Below the pieces are notes generated by a model, which searched no databases, was not told the origin of the DNA, and saw nothing but the letters and a program-made list of their open reading frames with translations. From Octopus sinensis (taxonomy: Eukaryota): a stretch of DNA of 64,000 nucleotides. Every line of letters begins with the position of its first letter. The stretch's first letter is position 1. The DNA lies in NCBI RefSeq assembly GCF_006345805.1, contig NC_043018.1, positions 4,526,001-4,590,000 on the forward strand, given 5' to 3'. A program made the position numbers and the translations under genes. Of the stretch, positions 23,786 through 36,800 are shown one piece after another.

Positions 23786-24096
23786 CATACATATGTGTGC
23801 AGGTGGCACATAAAAAGCATCATTTGAGCGTGGCCGTTACCAGTACCACCAAACTGGCCCCCGTGCCGGTGGCATGTAAAAGTACCCACTACACTCTCAG
23901 AGTGGTTGGCATTAGGAAGGGCATCAAACTGTAGAAACTCTGCCAGATCAGATTGGAGTCTGGTTCGCCAGACCTCAGTCAAATCGTCTAACCCATGCTA
24001 GCATGGAAAGCGGACGTTAAATGATGATGACATATATGTGTGTGTATATATATATATATGTATATACACACACACATACATACACATATATATACA

Positions 24097-24144
<48 letters not shown>

Positions 24145-25054
24145 TACATATATACATAGTAATAATAACAATAATCTTTGGATGGAATTAAAATGTTTAT
24201 AAATTCCATGCAAAGATTATTGTTATGATTACTATATTTATCCTACATTATATTGGTAGAACTTGGTGCATTCCCAAAAACTGGTTTGCCAGTCACCATC
24301 ATTAGACTGTGGCTGGCATCATGAAATAGGAACTTTATTTGCATAATCAAAACGTTTCCTGTAAACAAATTTAAAAGATCTGTGTGTGTGGGTGTGGGTG
24401 TACATATGTGTGTGCGTGTATGTATTATGTATACATGCGTATATGTATATATATATGTGTGTGTGTATGTATGTATCTATGTATGTATACATGTATGTAT
24501 ACCTATATATGTGAAGATTGCTTGGAGACTTAAGGCATACTGTAAAAACCTGCTTAAACCTGAGCCCCCAAAGCAAGAAGCTGTTAGTACGTTTATGTTG
24601 TGTACAATAAATGACATTTATTTCTCACTGGATGGAGTACCTTTTGTTGATTTTACCTTAACAGAATGGTAAACTATATATATGTATATACACACACATA
24701 TGGATACATACATACATGTGCATGCAATATAATGCCACAGTACAGAGGGCAGTTGAGGTTTTACAGGACACTCATTCAATGATTGGGCTTTGCAAGAGTG
24801 ATAAAAAAGTGGGCTGTTCAAAAGACAGAGCCAGAGAAAGCCACCAGGTGGTTTTAGATTAAATAGGCTAATCCTGGTGCAGTTGCTGAAGCTGGGTCAC
24901 CCAAACAAGGGTATCTGTTATTGAAAGGCCTGCAACAACTGATGATGTCATGTCACTGATCAATCCACTGCCATACATGCATTTTCTTGATTTATTGAAA
25001 TCTTCATTCAACAGACACACACACAAATATATACATGTATGTTTGTATATGTAA

Positions 25055-25096
<42 letters not shown>

Positions 25097-26188
25097 CATC
25101 ATCATCATTACATGTATAAAAGAGGTGGGGAACAAAGAAGATGGAGTGAAGGAGTACCCCCCACAACAAACGGTGAGTTCAGCCACACCCTGGGGACATG
25201 ACAGCGATGGCATTGCCATGGGGAATGGCCAGTGATGCTTACTGTAGCAGCCACCCCACCTTGCAGGGTCCATTTCTCAGACAGGCCTCTGTTATCCTGT
25301 TCTTGCAGAGGAAATTGAGCTCCTGACGGTGACCTGCACAAAATGATAGTGACCGGTCAGGGTCCAATATTTATTTATTTTTCTCTCCTGTTTGCTGGTC
25401 TTGTGCCAGAATTTGAAATCAATATCATTTTATCTTTTACTTTTTTTGGTCATTAGACTGTGACCATGCTGGGGCACCACCGCAAGGAATTTTTAGTGAA
25501 ATGAATCAACCCCAACACTTATTTTTTCTGAGCCTGGAACTTATTCTGTCAGTCCCTTTTGGTAAAGTATTAAGTTATGGGGATGTAAACTCACCAACAC
25601 TGGTTGTCATGTAGTGATGGGGAGCAAATACAGAGAAAAGATACATACATGCAGATACACACACACACATATGCAAGCATGCACACACACACACGACAGG
25701 TTTCTCTCAGTTTCCACCTACCAAATCCACACACAAGGCTTTGGTTAGCCTGAGGCTACTGTAGAAGGCACTTGCCCAAGTTGCCATGTAGTGCGACTGA
25801 GCCCAGAACCATGCAGTTGGGGAGCAAGCTTCTTACAACACAGCCACTCCTGTGACTACATTATGCTTCAAAAGAATATTCATCATTGCTGAAAAATACT
25901 AAAATTACACTGAGAAGGAGATCAGCCAGTATTTTGTAATGCAGTTGCTCGGCAACTGATAACTGTATGATTGGGGTCCCCTCAAGGGACCCTGCTTCTC
26001 TTTTATACATGAAATTGGTGTTTATAATGTTTACAAATAACAGTTGATTTATTCATACTTTTAGTTTATGTGTGCATACGTGTTTGTGTGTGTGTGTGTG
26101 TGCATACATATGTATGTATGCATGTATGTATATATGTGAGTGTCACAACTAAAATCAATGAATATGTAATATAGAAACATTGCTCTGA

Positions 26189-26311
<123 letters not shown>

Positions 26312-27135
26312 TCTTTATGTCTTCTTCTTCCAAGTAAGTTTTATTTCAATAACTATGATGCGCACTCTTAACTCTTTACTTGACCTTTCCTCCCTGCCTG
26401 TCTATCTTCCTCTCTACTTGTCTCTCTCCTTCTTATTTTTTACCCTTTCTGGTTTCTTCTCCTCTCTCTTGTCGCTGACCTGAGGTCTACTAACTTTCTT
26501 TCTGCCTACTGCCTTCAACAAGTTAACATCCGCTTTTTCTGTCTTCACAAGCCGGTCTTCAGAATGCATTCAAATGAATTTTTCCACCGTCTAGGTTTAT
26601 TGTTGGTTTCCTTGTTCTGTCTTTTACTGTTTTTATCTTTATTTGTACTGTTTTTTTTCTTTATTTGTATTGCTTTTATGTCCTGTTCTTGTCACCTTTT
26701 TTTACCCCTCCGCAAAAATTTTTTATTTAATTCACTTTGCGGGAAGGACTGTTTCAACGAAGTCGTGTTCTGCCCTTACCTTCGAAACAGGGGCAGCTGA
26801 AGAAGAGGAATGTTCCCTCTGTTGTTTGTCTTGTACTCTGTTTTTACATTGTTAAAAAAAGTCCATTTCCTTGTTTTGTTTTATGTTTTCGTTTCTCGTT
26901 GTGTTCTCCATTTATTTGTGGTGTTCTGTACTCATATATGCATGTATATATACATATAGATGTAGGTATGTACATATATGTATGTATGCATATGTTTTAT
27001 TTATTAAATTGTTATTATATATATATGTGTGTGTGTGTATATATATATATAAATATATATATATATCCATACATACATACATATATCGATAGCCACTACA
27101 CACATTTTTTTCTCTCCTTGTTTCTTTCTTTGTTC

Positions 27136-27171
27136 ATTTCTGTGGAAGAGCGTAGGCTCGAAATGTTAAAG
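27136..27171 (+). ncRNA. Minimal hammerhead-like motif, same short-element family as 8514-8549
   Basis: ATTT-CTGTGGA-A-GAGC(gtag)GCTC-GAAA-TG-TT-AAAG. About 170 bp of flank (27085-27258) is homologous to the reverse complement of 8420-8600. Confidence 0.4.
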
Positions 27172-27257
27172 ACTTTTTCAATTCCGGGCGTTATACTAAT
27201 ACATCTGTTTGTTTTCTACACTATCTGTCTTCGTCTTTTGTTTTTTTGTGAATTCTC

Positions 27258-27312
<55 letters not shown>

Positions 27313-27339
27313 AAATATATACATACATACAGAGACATG

Positions 27340-27775
27340 TTGACATGTGCTGCATCCAAGAAGTAAGGTGGAGAGAAGGTTCCTCACAGGCAAAGAACAT
27401 AGGTACGAGATTTTCTGGGCAGGGAACACTGACAGGGTTGGGCCATGGGTATACTTCTTGCAGAGAAATGGGTTGATAAGGTAATCAAGGTAGTCAGAGT
27501 CTGCAACAGAAATCTTAAGTTTAGATTTGTGCTTCATCATGGGTTAGCAACCATTATCTCGGCCTATGCCCCTCAGCCAGGGCTACCCGATGGACAGAAA
27601 GACCAATTCTATGACACACTCTTGCAGACCTTCTCTTTGTGGCTGGTGACTTCAATGGACATATTGGACAACATACAGGGGGCTTCCATGGCATACATGG
27701 AGGCTACAGTTTTGATTCCCGCAACGAGGAGGGAACCAGACTGCTGGAGTTCTGTGATGCAAATGATCTTATGGT
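27340..27775 (+). mobile_element. RTE LINE fragment, apurinic-like endonuclease domain (pseudogenised)
   Basis: GILLAEKWVDKVIKVVRV..TIISAYAPQPG..KDQFY and AGDFNGHIG..RNEEGTRLLEFCDANDL, with a frameshift; abutted by a SINE at 27775. Confidence 0.85.
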
Positions 27776-28389
27776 TTTGGCAGAAACGTTAGCACGCCGG
27801 GCGAAATGCTTAGCAGTATTTTGTCTGCCGTTACGTTCTGAGTTCAAATTCCACAGAGGTCGACTTTGCCTTTCATCCTTTCGGGGTCGATTAAATAAGT
27901 ACCTGTTACGCACTGGAGTCAATATAATCGACTTAATCAGTTTGTCTGTCCTTGTTTGTCCCCTCTGTGTTTAGCCCCTTGTGGGTAGTAAAGAAATAGG
28001 TTTGCAAAACTAACTTCAGGAAACCTGCCATTCACCTAGTCACCTACCGTTCTGGCAGACACACTAGCCAAATTGACTACATACTCGCCAGAAAAAGTTA
28101 GGAGTTCTGATGACGAGACGAGCTATATGTAGGGTCTGCACATGGACTCATAACAGACGAACTGCAAACAGGGACCTTCACTGCACGCTAGCTAGCGATT
28201 CAGTCCACAGAGAAGGGATTTCCGGTTAGAGAAAGGAGTTCTGGAGATTTAAATGATTGATCAGTGTGGCTGATTAAAACGAAACAAACAATACACCGAC
28301 ACACTTTCGTTCCTGATTATTTCTATGCATAAATTAACAAAGCTACTCTGCCAACTCACAGAGATTGTGGTATCAAATAATACAAATGT

Positions 28390-28735
28390 GGGATCTTTTC
28401 GGTTTGAACGGCAGTTTTTAACATAATTTCTAGGTAACTAAAAAAGGATCGTTTGTAAGATATTTGTTGTTGTTTTTCTTCAATTTCTGCAGTTTCAACC
28501 AATCAATGACGTCCATTGAGGTAAAAAAAAACATTCTGTGCCGTATGAATATGTCCCTCGTGTAAGAAACAGATTGGGTTTATTTACATTTCTGAAGAAA
28601 AAAAAAGATACCTTTCCCCCCACCCCTAACCCTAAAACATTGAAATGCAACAGATCGATACTAGGGTCATAATTATGGGTGACAATTTCATATGACACCG
28701 CTAGAAAAAACTGCCGTTCAAACCGAAAAGATCCC
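28390..28735. mobile_element. MITE with 30-bp terminal inverted repeats
   Basis: GGGATCTTTTCGGTTTGAACGGCAGTTTTT / AAAAACTGCCGTTCAAACCGAAAAGATCCC. It contains CCCCTAACCCTAAAA. Flanks AAATGT/TAATGT may be a 6-bp TSD. Confidence 0.8.
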
Positions 28736-29324
28736 TAATGTGCGTCTGCAAATAAATAACAAACATCAGTGTAAGCCTAAACATTCACATAATATTCAGT
28801 ATTGCAAACTCTGGCCTCGATCACGTTGCCTACCTGTTTGTTGTTAATACATTCAATGTCTCTGTGATGACACAATTATATAAGTTCTTTATTAGTAATT
28901 TCAACAGAATACAAAACTACGTCAGTGATACATTTTTAAATAAAAAATAATTGGAAAAACTTTAAGTGGTTGGGAGAAATATAACGTGATCCTAGTTGTA
29001 TTTCTGGGTAAAATACCTGTGAATTGTTATGTGGGAAATTAGTTGACAAAGACTGTCGAAAAACAAACACAAGACACCAGTTATGGGAGAAGTCCATTAA
29101 TATCGGTACTACTAGCGAACACTGGTCCCGGTGTAGCCGATCCTACAACGACTTGTGCGTATGTTTGTATTTCAAGGCTGAATCCATATCAAAGAAAATT
29201 GAATAATATTTTTCGAACAAAGTAAATAATTTGGCTATCAAAAGGAAAAGATCCAAGAAATTTAATATCAACCAAATCAATAGTTAGTTGTATTTCTCGG
29301 TGAACGTTGGAAGACTGTCAGCAT

Positions 29325-29548
29325 GGATCGAACGGACCCGCAACGACGGCAGCCAGGGATCGAACGGACCCGCAACGACGATGGCCAGGGATCGAACGGA
29401 CCCGCAACGACGGCAGCCAGGGATCCAACGGACCCGCAACGACGACAGCCAGGGATCCAGCGGACCCGCAACGACGGCAGCCAGGGATCCAACGGACCCG
29501 CAACGACGGCAGCCAGGGATCGAACGGACCCGCAACGACGACAGCCAG
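29325..29548 (+). repeat. GC-rich minisatellite, 7 x 32 bp
   Basis: Unit GGATC(G/C)AACGGACCCGCAACGACG(G/A)CAGCCAG starts at 29325, 29357, 29389, 29421, 29453, 29485 and 29517; no unique spacers. Confidence 0.95.
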
Positions 29549-29600
29549 GGACCCGCCCACCCCAAATCCTTTCCCTCCATTTCCGTCAGCTGTTATTAAC

Positions 29601-29616
29601 CAGCGCCGCCTGGCGG
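29601..29616. promoter_or_regulatory. CTCF-like/promoter GC motif in a CpG-rich putative DPM2 promoter
   Basis: CAGCGCCGCCTGGCGG is one mismatch from the reverse-complement CTCF core CAGCGCC(A/C)CCT(G/A)G(T/C)GG. Confidence 0.3.
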
Positions 29617-29619
29617 ACG

Positions 29620-29670
29620 GCTTCGTGTTTCCCGCAAATTTTTACATTTCACTTTCGACATTCATTCGAG
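29620..29670 (+). other. Putative non-coding first exon of DPM2 (start approximate)
   Basis: Donor-like GAG|GTAAAC at 29670/29671 just after the CpG-rich block. The next DPM2 exon (33965) has an acceptor, so an upstream exon is required. Confidence 0.35.
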
Positions 29671-29709
29671 GTAAACACACACACATAAATATACGCATAT
29701 ATACATACA

Positions 29710-29743
<34 letters not shown>

Positions 29744-30025
29744 GTTTATGTATGTATATTTTCTTTATCGTCTTCTTTGTTTCAAATCGTTCTACCACGA
29801 AGAAACAAGACATTTTCTTTTGTGGAGTGTTTGCAAAATTGATGAATGTCTGTTCTTGTCTAAACTCCAGCAAGTTTCAATTTATTTCGATCTTTTCGAC
29901 CTCCACTATTTTCTTGTCTGATAACGAATTAATTATCCTGATTTACCAAAGTTCGGGCTTCAGTGTGATATATATATATATAATCAATTTATATATATAT
30001 CACGTTATTTATTTATGTAAAGGTT

Positions 30026-30064
<39 letters not shown>

Positions 30065-31208
30065 CGCATATATTTATATTTTTGTATACATACATATTCA
30101 TATACTACGTATCGAGTTCGTTTGTACGCCTATTTGTATGTTTGTATCTCGTCCTGATTGACTTGTGAGGACCCGTGTCTTACCAAATTATAATCTCAGA
30201 TACTTTCACAGCTGTTAACTTAGAGCCTATGTTACAATTCGGAAGAATTTTAATTTGGACAAAGTTTTACCATTTTTATAAATTCTGTGTATTTTGTGTG
30301 GGTGTATATGTAATGTTTACAAAATTGTGAAAAAAAATCTTTAAATCTATATCTTTATTGCCTACGAAATGTAATCTGGTGAATTAGTTGTGATTTCTAG
30401 CATTCCAAGCGACTTATTGTTGCGAGGTTACAAAACATTAGAATTCATTTTAACTAATGAAATTATTAATAATAATAATAATAATTGTTTCGATTTTGGG
30501 GACAAAGCCAAGAATTTGGAGGGGAAGGGCAAGTCTGTTACATCGATCCCTGTTCTCAGTTGGTACTTATTTTATCGACCCTGAAAGAAAGAATGATAAA
30601 GTCAATCTCGGCGGAATTTGGACTTAGATTTTTCGAAAAATAATAATTTTAAGCAAATGAAGACACGTAATTATTTTAATTTCAAACGAATCACGTTTTA
30701 GAAGTCGGGTGGAGTCAAAGCTGGGTCGGAGTCAGACTTGAAAAATCAGAGTAATTTTATATTAATGATGAACAAATCTATGAAATAAACAAAGACAGGA
30801 ACGTATTGTTTAGGAAGACCATCGTAAATAATGTTTTTAAATGATCGATCATAAGTATCACACAATCATGACTACAAGCGGGATAATACGTGTCACAATA
30901 CCAATTCCTATAAGAAATTCTTCAGGCAGAAAGTAAAATAATAATATTACTTGATTCTGTGTCTCAAGATTTCCTAATAGGAAAGTTCGTACGTGTTTAT
31001 CCAACAGGTATAACTTTGTGATTCTTATTATGTGTAATGGCGAATAATTAATACCGAAACAGTTTTCAACTTCCTCTTTCCTTATATAACTCTGCAAACA
31101 ATATTTCCAGAATTTTCAATCTAATATGTACCTCACATCAATACAACTACATACTGGAATAAGCAGATGTGCTTCAAGAAAACACTGCCTAGATTTGACC
31201 TTACCTAC

Positions 31209-31262
<54 letters not shown>

Positions 31263-32015
31263 GTATGTATATAATATGTATAAATATTAGCCTATTTCTG
31301 GATAATTTCTTTTCCTCCCTCTATTGTGGTAAAAGTTTGGTAAATACTCAAAAGTATTCAAAAAATTGTTATTCTTCTTAATAATCCTCTGATTAACCCT
31401 AAATTTTAACTGTATACAATATAGCAACATTATATAAAATATTTAACTATAGTACTACAAGATAAGACTTCCCCTATTTCATTATCAATGGTCTGCTAGT
31501 GGGCGACCCCCTTAATTGTGAGCTAACATTTTGATTTAAGTTTTCCTTTACCAAACCTCATGATATTACTTCTAATAAATCTTGATTTTTATGACTATAC
31601 CCACTATAATTTCTGTCTGCTCCCTCAGCCCTACCCCTAACAGATACTGCCCCTTGTTCTCTTGGCCTTAGATATAAAAGGATTTGATAAAAGCAGTCTA
31701 TAAATTAAAACTGACCCCATAAAAAACAGTGACAAGCAAAAATCTGTAACAAGTCTTTCTTCCTGATACGTTTGTAGCTTCTAAGTGGAAGTGAAGGCAA
31801 CATGTTCTTTGTCAATCTCCTTAACTTCTTGGAGATTTTAGGTAAAATTATACTAATGTAATCTATTCTAATTTAATTAAACTCTATGTCTTTGTGCAAT
31901 GAGGATTGGTCTGTATTCTAAATTGATGTAATGATTGCATTGTTCAATTAAATGGAGTTGCATGAAACAATTGTACTGCATTACCTCTGGATATCTTTGT
32001 TGCTTATTTTGATTT

Positions 32016-32058
<43 letters not shown>

Positions 32059-32060
32059 AA

Positions 32061-32310
32061 TGTAGGTATCAAAAAGTTCCCAGACTAGTTATGTTTAATA
32101 AAAAATAACTTATTTACCCAAGTTTCATCTCCTTTGAAATAGTCACCTTGTGCAGCAATACACCGGCACCAGCATTCCTACCATTTTTGGAATCCGACCT
32201 GGAAGTCCCTGCAATTTGCTCTGGATCTTAACAACAGTGTTAAAATGGCAACCTTTGAGCTGTAGTTTCATCTTGAAGAAAAGATGAAAGGTGCTAAATC
32301 TGGAGAAAAG
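32061..32310 (-). mobile_element. mariner transposase 3' relic with terminal repeat
   Basis: FHLFFKMKLQLKGCHFNTVVKIQ resembles the mariner DF.LF..LK..LKG..F motif; the end GTATCAAAAAGTTCCCAGACT is mariner-like. Confidence 0.55.
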
Positions 32311-33060
32311 GGCTGTTTTTCTAAAATGCACCATAAATGTTCAATAATATCGAGATCTGGGGACTGTGGTGGCCAGATAAGATGTTCTAGAATGTTCCTT
32401 GGGCCATTCAGTAATAACTTTAGCTGTGTGAATTGGTGCATTATCATCCTGAATGATTGCATTTCCCTCTGGAAACAGTTCTGCAACCACAGGATGAATT
32501 TGGTCAAATAAAATGCTTAGTTTTGACTTTTAATTCTGCCATGAAGGGAAACCATTGGGCCAGCAGATTTCCAAGATATAGCCCCCCCCCATCATCACAG
32601 ATACTCCGTGTTTAACAGTTGGTAAAAGTCAGTCTGGGTCAAATGCTTCTTTTGGCTGTCTCCACATGTATACTCAGCCAGTGGTCAAAAATAAGGTAAA
32701 AGATGACTTGTCTGAGAAAATACCATTCTTCCACTGCTCTAGGGACCAATTCTGTAGGTTTTTACTCCACTCCAAACACTTTGCAATGTTTGTTTTTGAA
32801 AGCAGTGGTTTTCTGATTGAAATCCTCCAGTGAAATCCAGCTTTGTGCATCTCCTGGTGAACAGTTTTTGTGGAAACTGGGTTCTCAAGGTGGTCTTTAA
32901 GCTCTGCAGTAATCTTAGGAATTGTACTTTTGTGATCCTTTCTAACAATTCATGTAAGAGTCCGACGGCCCCTGTCTGAAAGTCTTGGTTTTCTTCCAGA
33001 GTTTAGCTGTTTTCGTTACGCTAGTGCCTGCACCAACAATTTGATCTCTTTGAAAGTCTG
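32310..33060 (-). mobile_element. Tc1-family transposase pseudogene fragment
   Basis: WPPQSPDLDIIEHLW DDE-domain motif (ORF 32268-32507) and an upstream HTH/Tc3-like region (32739-32948), with frameshifts. Confidence 0.8.
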
Positions 33061-33991
33061 ACAGATCTGTCATTTTAATGAATTTTAATTACCTTTTTCT
33101 GATGATATCTGAAAAGAAACAGCAATTTTAGCAAAACATATTAAGCAACACTAATAATAAATCAAAGTCAATTATTTGACTAAACCCTTCAAGGGGGAAC
33201 CCCAGCATAGCTGCAATCCAGAGACTGGAGCAAGTAAAAGATATTTTGCACTCCTTTACATATTTCTGAAGTAATAATTATGAATCTAACATTTTTGACA
33301 TCAGTGCTTTCATCTTTCTTTTATCTTCTTCCCAGAGTGTTTAAGTATTGTAGAATTGATGCATTTCAATATGTTTTTTTAAGTTGTAAGGCTGCAAGCT
33401 ATCAGAATCGTTTGTACGCAGAACAAAATGTTTAGCAGTATTTTGTCCGTCATTATGTTCTGAGTTCAAATTATGCTACAGTCAACTTTGCCTTTCATCC
33501 TTTTGGGGTCGATAAATTAAATACTACTCAAGTACTTGGAGTCGATGTGATTGACTTTCCCCCTCCCCCAAAATTTCAGGCCTTGTGCCTATAGTAGAAA
33601 AGATTATTTATTTATTTATTTACTACTACTACTACAGCAGTGAGCTGGCAGAATCATTAGCACATCAGGCAAAATGCTCAGCAGTATTTTCTTTGTTTCC
33701 ATGTTCTGAGTTCAAATCCTGCTACAGTCAACTTTGCCTTTCATCCTTTTGCAGGGTCAATAAAAGAAATACCAGTTGAGTACTGGGGTCAATGTAATTG
33801 ACTGACCCCTCTCTCAAAATTTCTGGCTTTGTGTCAAAATATGAAATCAATATTTTTTCAAACCAAATTCAAATCATCTTTTTTTTTGTTTTTTTTTTTC
33901 CGTTTTACTTTTTCTTCTGTTCCATTCATGTCCTTTTTTTTTCTTCTTTCTCTCCTATCTTTAGACTCGAAGAATTGGCTTCTGAAACAAG

Positions 33992-33994
33992 ATG
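33992..33994 (+). CDS. DPM2: DPM2 coding exon 1 (ATG only; exon 33965-33994)
   Basis: Polypyrimidine tract with TTTAG acceptor at 33964; the exon ends AAGATG|GTATGT. Confidence 0.8.
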
Positions 33995-34190
33995 GTATGT
34001 ATGCATGATCACATCTTATTTGATTGTTATTGCTACATTTTTCTGTTTTTCTTTACACACCTAATGTGCACTCAAGCATACACATACAAACATACACACA
34101 CACATACACACACACACAAACATGCACACACACACTCAAATTTACACAAACTGGATGTGTAATTATTATTCTGTTTTAAATGTTCCGCAG

Positions 34191-34280
34191 GCCTCAAGCG
34201 TGGACCAAACCTTTGGATGGGGGCTGATGTTTCTAGCAGCCACAATTTTCATTTATTATTCCATTTGGGTTATTATTCTT
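34191..34280 (+). CDS. DPM2: DPM2 exon 2, dolichol-phosphate mannosyltransferase regulatory subunit
   Basis: CCGCAG|...|GTAAGT; ASSVDQTFGWGLMFLAATIFIYYSIWVIIL aligns without gaps to human [30 protein letters not shown]. Confidence 0.93.
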
Positions 34281-34496
34281 GTAAGTAACCATCTTTTATC
34301 TTTTACTTGTTTCAGTCATTAGACTATGGCCATACTGGGGCACCACTTTTTTTTAATTGACCCCAGGACTTACCTTTTAATTTTTTTTAAGCCTGATACA
34401 TATTCTATCAGTTCTCTTTTGCTAAACTGCTAAGTTATGGGGATATTATCAAACCAATACCATTTGTCAAGCGGTGATGGGGGACAAACACAGACA

Positions 34497-34569
<73 letters not shown>

Positions 34570-35856
34570 CTTTTTCCTTGTTTCAATAATTAGATTGTAG
34601 CCATGCTGCCTTGAAGAATTTTTAGTTGAATGACCCTAATGCTTATTTTTATTTTTAATCTTGGTACTTATTGTATTAGTCTATCTTTCCTGAACTGCTA
34701 TGTTACAGGGATGTAAACACACCAACACTGGTTGTCAAGCTGTGGTTGGGGACAAAGACACACATACAACAGGCTTCTTTCGGTTTCCATCTACCACATC
34801 CACTAATGAGGTTTTGGTCAACCTGAGGCTGTAGAAGACACTTGACCAAGGTGCCATGCAATGGGACTGAACCTGGAACCATGTGGTTGGGAAGCAAACT
34901 TCTTACCACGCAGCCATGCCTGCACCTACACACACACACAATGTTTAGTTCTTTTTCTTGAAATCCATTTTTTTGGATAATCAGAACCTAAACTGGCTTA
35001 TGGTATTTTATTCCACAGAAGTCAATTCCACCTGCTTTCAGTCTTGTGGCAAGGATGAATTGGAATCGATGGAATAAAAGATGTGTTGGAGAGTAAAGTT
35101 ATTTATTGGCTGATAGTGTTGTGCATCAGGCCATGGTTGATAATCCTGAACAAATCATTTTTCATTATTATTATTATTTGCTGGATCTGGAGAACGAGGC
35201 AGTGTCCATCACATTTGCAGGTGATGGGCCCTGTCCCCTCTCTCTCTAATATTGGTGAGATTGATACCAATAATGTTCCCCCTGAACCTTTGTAAGTTAA
35301 CATCTGTAGGAAAGACAGATGCAGGGAAAGAATTTCAGGAGGCTGAGACACTGGGTGCAATGGTTAACACCAAGGAAGGACGGGGTACACCATAAGGGTA
35401 ATGAGAAGAGGAGGGACAAATGCATGAGGAATACCTGAAGCTGAGTGGAGGTGGTATGAGCCCAACCATGACCAAAGAGCAAAGGTCATTATAACACCTG
35501 TTGAAATGGAAGAGAGAAGAGACAGTTCACCTGTGGGGCCAGAGCCTGGAGTAGGTAACCCTTTCTCCCTATTCTAGATGCAATCTAGGATCTTTGTGTG
35601 TGCATCATCTCAGATGTGAGAGAAGAAACTCTATTGTGGACCCTACCTGAGCTTTGTCACTTGAATCTTAACAGCAGGTACCTGGAAGTACTGGCCCTTT
35701 GATGGTGTGTCTGATGCCAGTGTAATTAGGTAATTAGTAGAAAATCATTTGAAATTAGTATTATGTCTGTTTTCCTATTTTGGGGTGTGGGGTGGGTGAG
35801 GATTTGGCTTATTGTTTTGTTATTTGTCATAGTAATGAATCCATTTATTTTTTCAG

Positions 35857-35959
35857 CCTTTTCTGGGACCAAATCAGAAACTGCATTCCTTCTTCCCTCC
35901 TCAGTTTTATGCGGTGGCCTTTCCATTGGTGTTGATGTCCGTAGCCCTTGTGATCATTG
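35857..35959 (+). CDS. DPM2: DPM2 exon 3
   Basis: TTTCAG|...|GTCAGT; PFLGPNQKLHSFFPPQFYAVAFPLVLMSVALVII(G) versus human [35 protein letters not shown]; 103 nt. Confidence 0.92.
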
Positions 35960-36289
35960 GTCAGTATTCTACCAATTGTTTTTCTATTTTTAAAACTTAA
36001 AATCACTTTCCCTTCTCTGTTGCTGTTATCATTGTTGAGCCCCATGTCAAGCCTACTTAAAAGGTCCCAAGATTTGAAACTACTCAAAACATCATAGAGG
36101 GACAAGTGATAGGAATAGGGGTGTTAGAAAGGTGGAAGGTTGAGAAATTGTCAGAGACACACACTTCACAGTCTGTGTGTGTGTACATATACATATATAC
36201 ACATACATGTATACACACACACACATGTACATATATATACCTAATGATACATGCCTATATTTATATACAAATATGCATGCACAATGTTA

Positions 36290-36800
36290 ATGTTCCCTTC
36301 ACCATGCCAGGCCAGCTGGGCAGGTCTTCTCCCACACAGTATATTACTCATCAATGCAGTCATCTCCTCTGTTAGATCTAATAACTTCAGATCCCTCTTC
36401 ACCACTTCATCCCAAGGGTCTTTCTACAGGTTTCATTCACTTTAAGTGTGCAGCACTTCTTTAAACTTCCATACACATCATATGTTCAATGCAACACAGT
36501 CTTCTCTCTTGCACACAATACCTGTCTCCTCCTATGTTCATTTCATTTCTCAGCTCATCTGTACTCCAACTTTCATACACACTAGTATTACACATCCACC
36601 ATAGCATACTCCATTTGTCTCCTATCTTCACAAATCCTCTTCATTCAAGACCCACATGTCTCTATCATGCAGCATTACACTCCATGCGCAAGCATCATAC
36701 AATTTCTCTTCCCTCTAACAAAGGTAATGTCCTCCCTGAAGTTTTCCCATCCAGTTCTTACTGCTACTCTGCTTTCCGAATGCCCTTTCCCACTGCAAAT
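36290..36800 (-). mobile_element. RTE LINE reverse-transcriptase C-terminal relic (a further piece with a Cys/His finger at about 37100-37270)
   Basis: Homologous to 59100-59570; the nearby piece encodes CLICRKGVGRNFIQCTKCKLC. Confidence 0.65.

Noticed and set aside
26775-26825. CTGAAGA-AGAGG..CCTCT preceded by CGAAAC
   Set aside because: The order and pairing do not fit any hammerhead topology (no GAAA 3' of helix II, no closing helices).
29024-29225. Two short plus-strand ORFs left of the minisatellite
   Set aside because: No recognisable domain and no convincing splice sites; more plausibly promoter or 5' UTR sequence.
29284-29921. Overlapping repetitive ORFs (up to 204 aa) over the 32-bp array, and a possible CRISPR interpretation
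   Set aside because: The 32-nt period is not a multiple of 3 and is stop-free in all frames only by composition. Units are contiguous with no unique spacers, there are no cas genes, and the context is eukaryotic.
31400-31960. Possible Penelope/RT relic in AT-rich DNA
   Set aside because: Only a vague GLLVGDPL similarity to an RT motif, with many stops; not supportable without alignment.
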